Assembly (NCBI GenBank): GCA_029715105.1
Contig: CP085695.1
Location: forward strand, 360,001 to 392,000
Length of the DNA: 32,000 bases
Direction of reading: 5' to 3'
Source: Candidatus Saccharimonadota bacterium
GTDB lineage: Bacteria; Pseudomonadota; Alphaproteobacteria; Rickettsiales; Anaplasmataceae
Both the position numbers and the translations under genes were made by a program. How positions within the stretch are numbered: position 1 is the stretch's first letter; each line of letters opens with the position of its first letter. A model generated the notes under the pieces. It was not told where the DNA came from, did not search any database, and was given only the letters and a program-made list of their open reading frames with translations. Below are positions 1-9,148 of the stretch, piece after piece.

Positions 1-41
1 AAATGAAATGACAGGTAACAGTCTATTGGTATAAAGTATTT

Positions 42-73
42 TATCGCAAAATGTATCTCTTATTGCGATACAT
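42..73. other. Two mutually exclusive short hairpins just downstream of the fabD stop; possible weak terminator
   Basis: tatcgcaa (42-49) is the exact reverse complement of ttgcgata (63-70). atgtatc (51-57) is the exact reverse complement of gatacat (67-73). The two stems share 67-70. No convincing U-run follows on either strand. Confidence 0.2.
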
Positions 74-105
74 TAAAAATATTTATTACCACTTTTAATT
101 TTTGT

Positions 106-1059
106 CTATAATGTTGACTCACTAAAAAAACTATCTATATCATAGACATTGTTAATATTTTTTGTGCTTATAGATTGATCAATTCTTTTAACTAGATTAG
201 ATAAAATTTTATTAGGTCCGATTTCTACAAATTTATTAACATTGTGATTTCTCATATACAAAACCATCTCCCTCCATCTTACTTTACTTATAATTTGTTT
301 AGCAAGTAAGTTTTTTATTATAATCGGATTATTTTCTTCAATAGCTGTAACGTTTGATATAAATGGAACCAAGGGTCGAGTTATTGTAATTTTTTTTAAA
401 AACTCTAAAATTTTTTTATTAGAAGATTCCATAAGAGATGAATGAAATGGTCCATCAACTTGTAGTCTAATTAATTTTTTAACGTTTGAATTCTTAAATA
501 AATTAGGTAGCATTTTGAGAGTTTCATTAGTTCCGCTTACTACTACCTGTAATCCTCCATTATCATTTGCAATTTCACAAATACCTTTAATTTGAGATGA
601 TTTCAATATATTCTCTACTTCACTTATATCTGCTCCTAGTAATGCGACCATTCCACCTTTATATTTCAAAGAAGCTTCACGCATTGCCTTACTACGAATT
701 TTTAATAATTGGACTGCAGATTTAAGAGTTAAAGCTTTTGTAGCGCATAATGCTGTGTATTCACCAACTGAATGTCCACAAACATATTTAATATTATTAT
801 TACAACTAGAAAAAAGAGATTTACCATATATATACTCCATAACACGTAGAATTGCAATTGATACTGCCATTATAGCCGGTTGAGCATTTTCTGTAATGGT
901 TAATTCTTCAATACAGCCATCAAAAATTAAACTAGATAATTTTTTGTTTAAAATATCATCTATTTCGTTAAATACTTGTCTTGCAACAAAAAATTCACTA
1001 TATAAGTTTTTTCCCATTCCAACGAATTGAGAGCCTTGACCTGGAAAAGCAAAAATCAT
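106..1059 (-). CDS. fabD: Malonyl-CoA:ACP transacylase
   Basis: 317 aa. N-terminal FAFPGQGSQ and active-site GHSVGEY motifs typical of FabD. TAG stop. Confidence 0.95.
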   Translation of the reverse strand: MIFAFPGQGSQFVGMGKNLYSEFFVARQVFNEIDDILNKKLSSLIFDGCIEELTITENAQPAIMAVSIAILRVMEYIYGKSLFSSCNNNIKYVCGHSVGEYTALCATKALTLKSAVQLLKIRSKAMREASLKYKGGMVALLGADISEVENILKSSQIKGICEIANDNGGLQVVVSGTNETLKMLPNLFKNSNVKKLIRLQVDGPFHSSLMESSNKKILEFLKKITITRPLVPFISNVTAIEENNPIIIKNLLAKQIISKVRWREMVLYMRNHNVNKFVEIGPNKILSNLVKRIDQSISTKNINNVYDIDSFFSESTL

Positions 1060-1149
1060 ATAATAAATATTATTTTTCAGTTTGACATTTTATCATTCTA
1101 ACACTTTATCTTATATCTATTTATTATTGTCAATTCCCTGGAAAAAGAA

Positions 1150-1178
1150 TTGACTTAATAAATTAGATTGAATAGAAT
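1150..1178 (+). promoter_or_regulatory. Candidate sigma70-type promoter for rpmE
   Basis: TTGACT (1150-1155), exact 17-nt spacer, TAGAAT (1173-1178), about 35 nt upstream of the rpmE ATG. The TTGAC core is uncommon in this AT-rich DNA, but chance occurrence cannot be excluded. Confidence 0.35.
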
Positions 1179-1213
1179 TTCCTATCGGAATAGGTATAAA
1201 TTTAGGTATTTAG

Positions 1214-1426
1214 ATGACAAGAATTGATTACCATAAGATAATTATAGTTATGACTGATGGTCAAGAGTTTGAGACTCGTTCCACATATGGAAAGAATGGT
1301 GACAGGATAAAACTTGACATAGATCCTCTTACACATCCTGCATGGACTAAGAGTTTAACAAGTGGATCAACAAGAAAAGCCAGTAAAATAGCTAGATTTA
1401 ATGACAAATATGGAGGAATATTTTAA
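1214..1426 (+). CDS. rpmE: 50S ribosomal protein L31 (Cys-less, non-zinc type)
   Basis: 70 aa. VMTDGQEFETRSTYG...LDIDPLTHPAWT matches the conserved L31 core. Confidence 0.93.
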   Translation: MTRIDYHKIIIVMTDGQEFETRSTYGKNGDRIKLDIDPLTHPAWTKSLTSGSTRKASKIARFNDKYGGIF

Positions 1427-1446
1427 ATTCTACTTTTTAAAAAATC

Positions 1447-2244
1447 ATGTACAGCAAATATAAAAATATAGCTTATGCTGTTTCCGATTCGCCGAAATCG
1501 CAAGAAATACCAAAGTTGTTGAAGAAACTTGATTTCATTAAGATAACAGAAAAAAATAAATCAGAAGTTGATTTACTTATAGTTGTAGGTGGCGATGGTT
1601 TTATGCTGCGTGCATTACATAATTATGTAATAGGAAACAAAAATATACACGTATACGGAGTAAATACTGGTAATGTTGGATTTTTAATGAACAAATATTT
1701 TAATTGTAGTAATGATTTAGTTGATAGTATAGAGTGCGCAACTCCAACGCAGCTCACTTTACTAAAAGTAGAAGTTATAAACATAGGTGGCAAAAAACAT
1801 CATTATATAGCATTAAATGAAGTGTATGTTTTTAGAAAAACAAATCAAATAGTAGAAATGAATATTATCATTAATGGAAAACCAAAAATAAAAAAATTCA
1901 GGGGAGATGGGGTGATATTATCCACTCCTACCGGAAGTGCTGCATATAATTTTTCTGCAGGAGGGCCAATTTTGCCATTAAATTCAAATTTGTTTGCATT
2001 AACTTCAATTAATAGTTATCATCCTAGGCATTGGAATGGAGCATTAATTTTGAGCGATACAGTGGTACAAATTGATATTAATGATGTAAGAAATAGGCCA
2101 GCACTTGTAGTTTCAGATTATAAGGAACTCCACGATATTCTGCAAATAAGAATGCGGAAAGACTATGAAAATACAGTTACTTTACTTTTTGATAGGAATT
2201 CATCTTTAGATGAAAGAATTTTTGATAAACAATTTTTGCATTAA
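1447..2244 (+). CDS. nadK: NAD kinase
   Basis: 265 aa. GGDGFML and GDGVILSTPTGSAAYNFSAGGPI motifs of the NAD kinase family. Confidence 0.93.
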   Translation: MYSKYKNIAYAVSDSPKSQEIPKLLKKLDFIKITEKNKSEVDLLIVVGGDGFMLRALHNYVIGNKNIHVYGVNTGNVGFLMNKYFNCSNDLVDSIECATPTQLTLLKVEVINIGGKKHHYIALNEVYVFRKTNQIVEMNIIINGKPKIKKFRGDGVILSTPTGSAAYNFSAGGPILPLNSNLFALTSINSYHPRHWNGALILSDTVVQIDINDVRNRPALVVSDYKELHDILQIRMRKDYENTVTLLFDRNSSLDERIFDKQFLH

Positions 2245-2825
2245 TTTTATCTATATCTAGTTTGGACTTTTAAAATGCTATCTACTACATGAATAATATA
2301 CAAAGAATGGTCACGTAAATGATAAAGTTAAAATCAGAAACTAGAAATCTGTAATTTATTATTTTATGAAACTTCTTTAAAAGTAATGTACTTCTATACA
2401 GAAGAAATAATTGGGTAGGACGGTATGGAAAAAGAAATAAAGATTTTTTTAATATCATATTTGTGAATTTTTGAATATTGTAGATGATATTAAAATATCA
2501 GAAAGTGTAAATACTTTCAATATAGAAAAATCCTTAATATAGAGTACAAAATAAGTTTTAAAATTTTTAATTTTCATGATAATCGTATTTTGATATTAAA
2601 ATAATAAAAAAGATTTTTTACCTTGATGTAGATATTGTTATTGCTTTATTTATAAAATAAAAAAATCTTGTAATTACACGAAATTTGTCACATTTTATAT
2701 AGCTAAAGTTGCGTATATACTTAATAATTACGAGCTTAGTGATAGAGGAAAAGGTGTTAAGTATTTTTTACACATAGCTTTTGTTTTTTATTATTTAAGA
2801 AATGAATATAGAATGAATTTGGTAT

Positions 2826-2851
2826 GTTTTATAGGGGTGTTTTATAGGGGC
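2826..2851. repeat. Two-copy 13-nt tandem repeat (gttttataggggt / gttttataggggc)
   Basis: Read directly from the sequence. The copies are adjacent and differ only at the last base. G4 blocks are conspicuous in an AT-rich spacer. Function unknown. Confidence 0.8.
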
Positions 2852-3003
2852 GTAAAGTATGAGTTTTCTTTATCACAAGAAAACGAAACTTTTAAGAATC
2901 TTTGTTCTTATAACTTAAATTTTATAATCAAAATTACAGAATCTAGTTCATTTTATCATAAAAACTTAGTTTTATTAGTTTGATTTTGTTACGTTATTAT
3001 TTT

Positions 3004-4161
3004 CTATTCTTTTAAAGAAAGAAAATAGTTCTTTGTAAATTCTTTATATATAGAAGTTAATTTATATATATCATTTACTGGTATACATTCATTTACTTGA
3101 TGTGCAGTTTTATTTATCATGCCAAATTCAATTACTGAACAAATATCTTTAATAAATGCAGCATCGGATGTTCCACCACTTGTATTTAATATAGTATCAA
3201 TGTTGGCAACTTTATTTATTGCACTTAGCATAATATCAATGTTTTTATCTGGAATGGAAAAAAAAGGATCCCTATTTTTATACATAAAAAGTTTATAATT
3301 ACTAGTTATACTCGAACATATTTCACTGATTAATTTATATAAATTTTTAGGTGTTTGCATATTATTATACCGGATATTAAAATTTGCAGTTATCGAGCCT
3401 GGTATTAGATTGTCAATATTATTTCCAGTTTCAATATTAGTAATTTCACAATTTGAAGGTTGAAAATATCTATTGCCACTATCAAAGATAGTGTTTTTAA
3501 TCTTATTTAATATTGATATCATTTTATATATTGGGTTATCAGCCAAATTAGGATAAGCAACATGTCCTTGTTTTCCATGACAAATTAATTTAAATGATAC
3601 TGATCCTCTTCTGCCTATTTTTATAGTATCGCCTAATTTTTCATTGCTAGTAGGTTCAGCAACTATACAAAAATCTACTCTCTTTTTTTTATTTTTCATC
3701 CATTCTAAAACTGCTTTTGTTCCGTGTTCTTCTTCACTCTCTTCGGCACTTGTAATTAACATACTTATTGAACCATCAAATTGAAATTTTTCTTCAATTA
3801 AATTTACTACGGCAGTAATAAATGCGGCTACTCCACTTTTCATATCAGATGCTCCTCTTCCGTATAACATTGCATCTCTGATTTCAGGTTTAAATGGATT
3901 AAATTTCCAATTTTTTAATTGACCTGGTGATACGACATCAATATGACCAGCAAAACACAAATTTGGCGTTCCATTTATATATTTTGCATAAAGATTTTTA
4001 ACTCTGGTTTCATTACTATGATTACCAAACTCTAAAATCTTACAATTAAATCCATTCTCCTTAAGGAGGGTAGCAATATATTCTATTGCGCCGTCATCTT
4101 TTGGACTTATGCTTTTGAAAGAAATCAATTTCTTAGTTAATTCTACTGGATTAATTTTCAT
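3004..4161 (-). CDS. dapE: Succinyl-diaminopimelate desuccinylase (M20 metallopeptidase, ArgE/DapE family)
   Basis: 385 aa. M20 motifs GHIDVV, GRGASDMKSG and SAEESEEE, with a DapE-like N-terminus ELTKKLISFKSISP. The choice of DapE over ArgE rests on overall resemblance. Confidence 0.87.
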   Translation of the reverse strand: MKINPVELTKKLISFKSISPKDDGAIEYIATLLKENGFNCKILEFGNHSNETRVKNLYAKYINGTPNLCFAGHIDVVSPGQLKNWKFNPFKPEIRDAMLYGRGASDMKSGVAAFITAVVNLIEEKFQFDGSISMLITSAEESEEEHGTKAVLEWMKNKKKRVDFCIVAEPTSNEKLGDTIKIGRRGSVSFKLICHGKQGHVAYPNLADNPIYKMISILNKIKNTIFDSGNRYFQPSNCEITNIETGNNIDNLIPGSITANFNIRYNNMQTPKNLYKLISEICSSITSNYKLFMYKNRDPFFSIPDKNIDIMLSAINKVANIDTILNTSGGTSDAAFIKDICSVIEFGMINKTAHQVNECIPVNDIYKLTSIYKEFTKNYFLSLKE

Positions 4162-4477
4162 ATAATCTTTAAAATATAAATGTTTAAGCCATTTTAATAT
4201 AGTTTTATTCCTAACTAAATATTTCTATTATTAGATCAAGAATTCCAATCAAATTAGAGTTTTATTTATTCATAGGTAATAACAAAATAATATAAAAGTT
4301 CTTAAAAATGAATCATACGTTAGTATAACGGTAATAAAAATTATAATACGGAAGTAGTTAATTTAATAAGTTGAATTTCATTATAAAAATAATATACATT
4401 ATCATAATAATACAAAGCCTTTCTACATAAAATTTGAATTTTTTATTAGAAAAGTATAGTTTAATTATATTAAAAAT

Positions 4478-4485
4478 GGGGGGAG
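4478..4485 (+). promoter_or_regulatory. Strong Shine-Dalgarno for fdxA embedded in a G6 run
   Basis: GGGGGGAG, with GGAG ending 7 nt before the ATG at 4493. Confidence 0.6.
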
Positions 4486-4492
4486 ATTATTT

Positions 4493-4867
4493 ATGACGCA
4501 TTTCATTACAGATAAATGTATTAAATGCAAGTATACAGATTGCGTAGAAGTATGTCCTGTTGATTGTTTTTATGAGGGCAAAAATATGCTTGTAATTAAT
4601 CCAGATGAGTGTATTGATTGCGGAGTATGTATACCAGAATGTCCAGTAGATGCGATTGTAACCGATGATTCTATAAAAGATATTTTGGAATTAGATTCAG
4701 ACTTATTAAGTGATGAACAAAAAATGTTTAAGTTGTTTTATAATATAAATGTTGAGTATTCACAAAAGTGGCCAAATATTACATCTAAAAAGCAGCCCAT
4801 GGATAAAGCAGAAGAGTACAAAGAAAAAAAAGATAAACATGGTTTTTTTTATGAAAATCTAAAATAG
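4493..4867 (+). CDS. fdxA: 7Fe-type ferredoxin (3Fe-4S + 4Fe-4S)
   Basis: 124 aa. Cluster motifs [14 protein letters not shown] and [12 protein letters not shown] in an FdxA-type arrangement. Lys/Glu-rich C-terminal tail. Confidence 0.93.
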   Translation: MTHFITDKCIKCKYTDCVEVCPVDCFYEGKNMLVINPDECIDCGVCIPECPVDAIVTDDSIKDILELDSDLLSDEQKMFKLFYNINVEYSQKWPNITSKKQPMDKAEEYKEKKDKHGFFYENLK

Positions 4868-5460
4868 AGTATAGACTGATAAAATATATAAAAATACAAA
4901 GAGGGGGGGAGCTATTTAATTATAAGCTTTGGAATTTATAATACATTTAAATCGTATTGTTATTGCGCTTTAATCGATTTTCCGTCATGTTGTTGTAATT
5001 TTATTACAGTACAACTGTATATTACTAATATATAATGTAATAGTAAGTGGTCTGTTTCTAGAGTTTTTAAAATAAATTTTTTGATATAACCCCCCTTTTC
5101 CTTGAAAGTGAAGTACGTAATTGGTATTATTTTATATAAATATATAAATAATTTGCATACGTTTAATTTTTTTATATAAAACTGAGTTCGGGTGATTATT
5201 ACAGAATAAAACTTAATATTTATTTTTGCTTTATTTGTTCTATTTTTTAAAGTTTTAACTTGTAAGTTACAAATCAGTACCCTTTTAAATTTTATTTTGA
5301 AGTAAAATAGATACAGTAAAATACATATACAAATTGTATCTCCATTTTTACATAGAAATATATAGATTCTAAAAAGAACTAAAATTTAAACATCTTATAA
5401 AGGAAGAGCTTTCTCCTACAAAGTTAAAATTAGAGTTATTACATAAAATAAATTTGTACA

Positions 5461-6087
5461 ATGTATATAATTTTACTTTTAATACTATTAAACATATTAA
5501 TGGGTTGTAATTTACAAAAACCAGCTCCCGTATTATTTAAAGGTGAAGAATTTTATGGTAAAAGAGATTTAGAATCTATAAGAGAATATCACCTTTTTAG
5601 AGAAAATATTGACCTTTCAACAAAAGAAAAAAATAGAGGATCTACAAATAATTTTCTTAATCCTAATAGGAATAATAGTAAAATGCAAAATATTGAAATT
5701 AACGAAATAAGTTATAAATTTGTGATGCCAATTAAAGGTACTATTATTTTGACTGCTCCTTCTGATGAAATATGTAGTGACGGAGTAAGAATTATTGCTC
5801 AAAAAGAAACAAGTGTAATTTCTTCTGCGCATGGTAAAGTAATATATGTAGGTGAAGGAATAAGATGGTATGGAAATTTAATTATAGTAGAACATAAAGA
5901 AAGCTATATAACTATGTATTCTTATTTAAGAAAAATATATGTTAAAATTGGTGATGAAGTAAAGCAAGGTCAAGTAATCGGATCTGCGGGTAAATTAGGT
6001 ATACAAGACAAAAATCTACAAATGTGTTTTACGATACGACATAGCGGTCAAATAGTTGATCCTTTAAAATATATAAGCTATGATTAA
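5461..6087 (+). CDS. Lipoprotein with a degenerate M23/LytM peptidase domain (NlpD/EnvC-like)
   Basis: 208 aa. Signal peptide with lipobox LMGC. C-terminal M23 fold signature GKVIYVGEGIRWYGNLIIVEH...GDEVKQGQVIGSAG, but the metal ligands are replaced (see findings). No LysM domain is visible. Confidence 0.8.
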   Translation: MYIILLLILLNILMGCNLQKPAPVLFKGEEFYGKRDLESIREYHLFRENIDLSTKEKNRGSTNNFLNPNRNNSKMQNIEINEISYKFVMPIKGTIILTAPSDEICSDGVRIIAQKETSVISSAHGKVIYVGEGIRWYGNLIIVEHKESYITMYSYLRKIYVKIGDEVKQGQVIGSAGKLGIQDKNLQMCFTIRHSGQIVDPLKYISYD

Positions 6088-6097
6088 ATTTTAATAT

Positions 6098-8674
6098 ATG
6101 AAATATGATTTTAAGAAAGTTGAGAAGTTTTATCAAGATAAGTGGAATTTTTCTATAAAAAAAGATAATAAACAAAAAAAATGTTATGTGTTGGAAATGT
6201 TTCCATATCCATCTGGTAAGATTCACATGGGGCATTTGCGTAACTATGTAATAGGGGATGTAATAGCACGTTATAAAAGAGGTTGTGGATTTGAAGTTTT
6301 ACATCCAATTGGTTGGGATGCGTTTGGATTGCCAGCTGAAAACGCAGCTAGGGATAATAATATTGATCCCGAAACATGGACAAAAAAAAATATAAATAGT
6401 ATGCGTACACAACTTAAATCTGTGGGTCTTTCCTATAATTGGGAACGTGAACTTTCTACATGCGAGCCATATTATTACAAACACGAACAAAAGTTTTTTC
6501 TAGATTTTTTAAAATTTGGACTTGTATATCGAAAAGAGTCATGGGTTAATTGGGATCCAGTTGATAAAACGGTACTTGCGAACGAGCAAATAATTAACGG
6601 AAAAGGGTGGCGTTCAGGTGCGCTCATTGAAAAACGTAAATTATTTCAATGGTTTTTAAAAATTACTGATTTTGCTGAAGATTTATTAAAATGTTTACAA
6701 TCTTTAAAAGATTGGCCAGAAAAAGTCAGAGTAATGCAGGAGCGTTGGATAGGAAAATCTGAAGGTGTTGTTATAGAATTTGAAATAGTTGGTATAAATA
6801 AAAAACTAAAAGTTTTTACAACTTCTCCTCACACTTTATTTGGAGCTTCTTTTCTAGCGATAGCAGTAGAACACCCTATTATACATGATATCATGACTTT
6901 AGATACTTTTAAAGTTTTATCATCCAAATATTGGGATATTTATGTTCAAGAAAAAAATAAATTGATTTCGCCGTATTATGGCGGAGATGATATAAGAATA
7001 AAAAGAAGAATAATAAATGATAATGAAAAATATGGAATTTACACTGGATTAAATGCTAAACACCCATTTCTTGATAAAGAATTGCCACTTTATATTGTTA
7101 ATTTTGTATTAATGGAACATGGGGGGGGTGCAATTTTTGGATGTCCAGCACATAATAAGTGTGATTTTGAATTTGCGCAAAAGTACAATCTACCGATTAT
7201 TCCCGTTATTTCTTCAGTAAATTCAGTTAATATTGAAACTTTGTATCCCGTGATAATAAAAGAAAAAGAAAGCACTACTACTAATAGTGAAGTAATGATT
7301 AATTCTGAATTCTTAAACGGATTAACTATTAATATAGCAAAAGAAGTGATTATTAAAAAACTCGAAGAAAAAAGAATAGGTAAAAAAACTATAAGTTATC
7401 GTTTACATGACTGGGGAATTTCAAGGCAACGTTACTGGGGATGTCCTATACCAATTATATATTGTAAAGCTTGCGGTACTGTACCAGTGCCAGAAAAAGA
7501 TCTTCCAATAATTCTTCCAATAGATGTGGACTTCAAAAAAAGTGGCAATCCTCTAGACAAGCATCCAACCTGGAAATTCGTTGATTGTCCGAAATGTGGA
7601 AGGCCAGGAGAGCGTGAGACTGATACATTTGATACTTTTTTCGAATCCTCTTGGTATTTTGCTGCGTTTTGTAGCGAAAATAAATCTATCAATAAAAATG
7701 CATGTAATCATTTCATGCCTGTAAATTATTATATAGGTGGAATAGAACATGCAGTTTTACATTTACTTTATTCGAGGTTTTTTTGTCGTGCTTTAAAAAA
7801 ATGCGGCTACCTTGATATTGAAGAGCCATTTTCTACTCTAATTACTCAAGGAGTGGTTTGTCATGTAACTTACAAGGATAAAAATGGAAAATGGCTCTTT
7901 CCAGAAGAAGCAAAAGAATTAATGATAAAGGGTATCAAAGTCCAAATTGGAAAAGTTGAAAAAATGAGTAAGTCAAAGAAAAATATAATTGATCCGAATA
8001 TTATTATAGAAAAATACGGTGCTGATACCGCTCGTTTATTTGTATTATCTGATACTCCACCTGAAAAAGATATGGAATGGTCTGATGACGGTATAGAAAG
8101 CTGTTTTCGCTATATAAATAAATTGTGGCGAATGGTAATACAATTGAAACCTATTAATATAAAATTTAATAATGAAAATATTACTGGTCAACTTCTCGAA
8201 TATAGAAAAAAAATTCATAAGCTTTTATATGAACTTACAAATGACTTAGAAAACTGTAAATTGAATTGTGTAATAGCAAAATTTCGTAAAATGACAAATT
8301 TAATAGCTGAAATAGATGTAAAAAACGGAAGATCTCTTATTGATGAGGGTATATGTATACTAATTAGAGTAATCGAGCCATTTATTCCCCATCTAGCTGG
8401 AAATTTATGGCGAGAAATAGGGGGTAATAGTAGCACAACTCTATGTTTAAAACCTTGGCCACAAGCTATCAAATCTTTGCTAATTGATGACATGCTAACT
8501 ATAGCAATTCAGATCAATGGAAAATTTCGCAAAACGATTAGAGTAGCAGCTAATAATTTAGATAAAGAAGAACTAAAAAAAATGGCAATAAATTCAGTTT
8601 CTAATAGGATTAACAGAAACAAAATTCGTTCTGTATATCTTATACAAAATAAGATAGTAAATATAATTGTTTAA
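6098..8674 (+). CDS. leuS: Leucyl-tRNA synthetase
   Basis: 858 aa. HMGH (HIGH) and KMSKS class I motifs, a CP1 editing domain (TTSPHT...CPAHNKCDFEFA), and bacterial LeuRS length. Confidence 0.97.
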   Translation: MKYDFKKVEKFYQDKWNFSIKKDNKQKKCYVLEMFPYPSGKIHMGHLRNYVIGDVIARYKRGCGFEVLHPIGWDAFGLPAENAARDNNIDPETWTKKNINSMRTQLKSVGLSYNWERELSTCEPYYYKHEQKFFLDFLKFGLVYRKESWVNWDPVDKTVLANEQIINGKGWRSGALIEKRKLFQWFLKITDFAEDLLKCLQSLKDWPEKVRVMQERWIGKSEGVVIEFEIVGINKKLKVFTTSPHTLFGASFLAIAVEHPIIHDIMTLDTFKVLSSKYWDIYVQEKNKLISPYYGGDDIRIKRRIINDNEKYGIYTGLNAKHPFLDKELPLYIVNFVLMEHGGGAIFGCPAHNKCDFEFAQKYNLPIIPVISSVNSVNIETLYPVIIKEKESTTTNSEVMINSEFLNGLTINIAKEVIIKKLEEKRIGKKTISYRLHDWGISRQRYWGCPIPIIYCKACGTVPVPEKDLPIILPIDVDFKKSGNPLDKHPTWKFVDCPKCGRPGERETDTFDTFFESSWYFAAFCSENKSINKNACNHFMPVNYYIGGIEHAVLHLLYSRFFCRALKKCGYLDIEEPFSTLITQGVVCHVTYKDKNGKWLFPEEAKELMIKGIKVQIGKVEKMSKSKKNIIDPNIIIEKYGADTARLFVLSDTPPEKDMEWSDDGIESCFRYINKLWRMVIQLKPINIKFNNENITGQLLEYRKKIHKLLYELTNDLENCKLNCVIAKFRKMTNLIAEIDVKNGRSLIDEGICILIRVIEPFIPHLAGNLWREIGGNSSTTLCLKPWPQAIKSLLIDDMLTIAIQINGKFRKTIRVAANNLDKEELKKMAINSVSNRINRNKIRSVYLIQNKIVNIIV

Positions 8675-8830
8675 AAATAGATAGTACAACATTTTATTTG
8701 TAATAATTTTATTCAATTTTTTTATAAACTTTTCTACTTAAAAGATATTTTAAATATTTAAATTGTGATTTTTTGATAAAGTAATATGACATATTTATCA
8801 TCATCTGTATTATTTTACTTACATGAAACG

Positions 8831-8850
8831 GGACACTGTCCATTTATTTT
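8831..8850 (+). terminator. Weak candidate intrinsic terminator downstream of leuS
   Basis: ggac-act-gtcc hairpin (8831-8841) followed by atttatttt. The stem is only 4 bp and lies about 155 nt after the leuS stop. Confidence 0.22.
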
Positions 8851-9148
8851 AACTTGTATTTTAATTCGTAAAATTAATAATTTGATTATTTGTTTTTATA
8901 TCTCAATATAATTGAACCTAGTTTTCTATTGATATTAAAAACACTGTAGAAATACTAATTATAAGTTTTATAATCAAAATATCCAATTAATAAAAATATA
9001 TAGAGGAAAATAATAAAAATCCCTAAAGGATTGGGTATTGTTGAGTCTCTATCAAATGATTTTTCATAAAAATACGAACTAAGCTTATTGACTTTATAAC
9101 AATGGTTACCTTAAAGTAGTAGTTTACTGTAATAAAATATTAATTATT

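Noticed and set aside
4899-5101. G7/C6 inverted pair as terminal inverted repeats of a MITE-like mobile element.
   Set aside because: There is no target-site duplication flanking the arms (left flank ...aaaatac, right flank ccttgaaag...). I saw no second copy elsewhere in the window, and there is no transposase. It is kept only as an RNA-structure or relic hypothesis.
6830-7170. Possible loss of LeuRS editing function. The CP1 T-rich motif reads TTSPHT instead of TTRPDT, and HDQRD reads HNKCD.
   Set aside because: The residues I recall as critical for editing are both retained: the last Thr of the T-rich motif (E. coli T252) and the second Asp (E. coli D345). The CP1 domain is also full length. 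The substitutions alone do not support an editing-defective enzyme.
5617-8493. Seven minus-strand ORFs of 61-92 aa in the track (5617-5832, 6029-6235, 6299-6490, 7090-7275, 7432-7692, 7553-7750, 8215-8493).
   Set aside because: All lie antisense within the M23 lipoprotein gene and leuS, both of which have strong family motifs. Their products are low-complexity with no recognisable motif. They are typical shadow ORFs.
8786-8920. 44-codon ATG-initiated ORF (MTYLSSSVLFYLHETGHCPFILTCILIRKINNLIICFYISI) in the leuS-nuoJ spacer.
   Set aside because: It has no Shine-Dalgarno and no recognisable motif, and its length is within chance expectation given the number of frames examined. It also overlaps the candidate leuS terminator hairpin.
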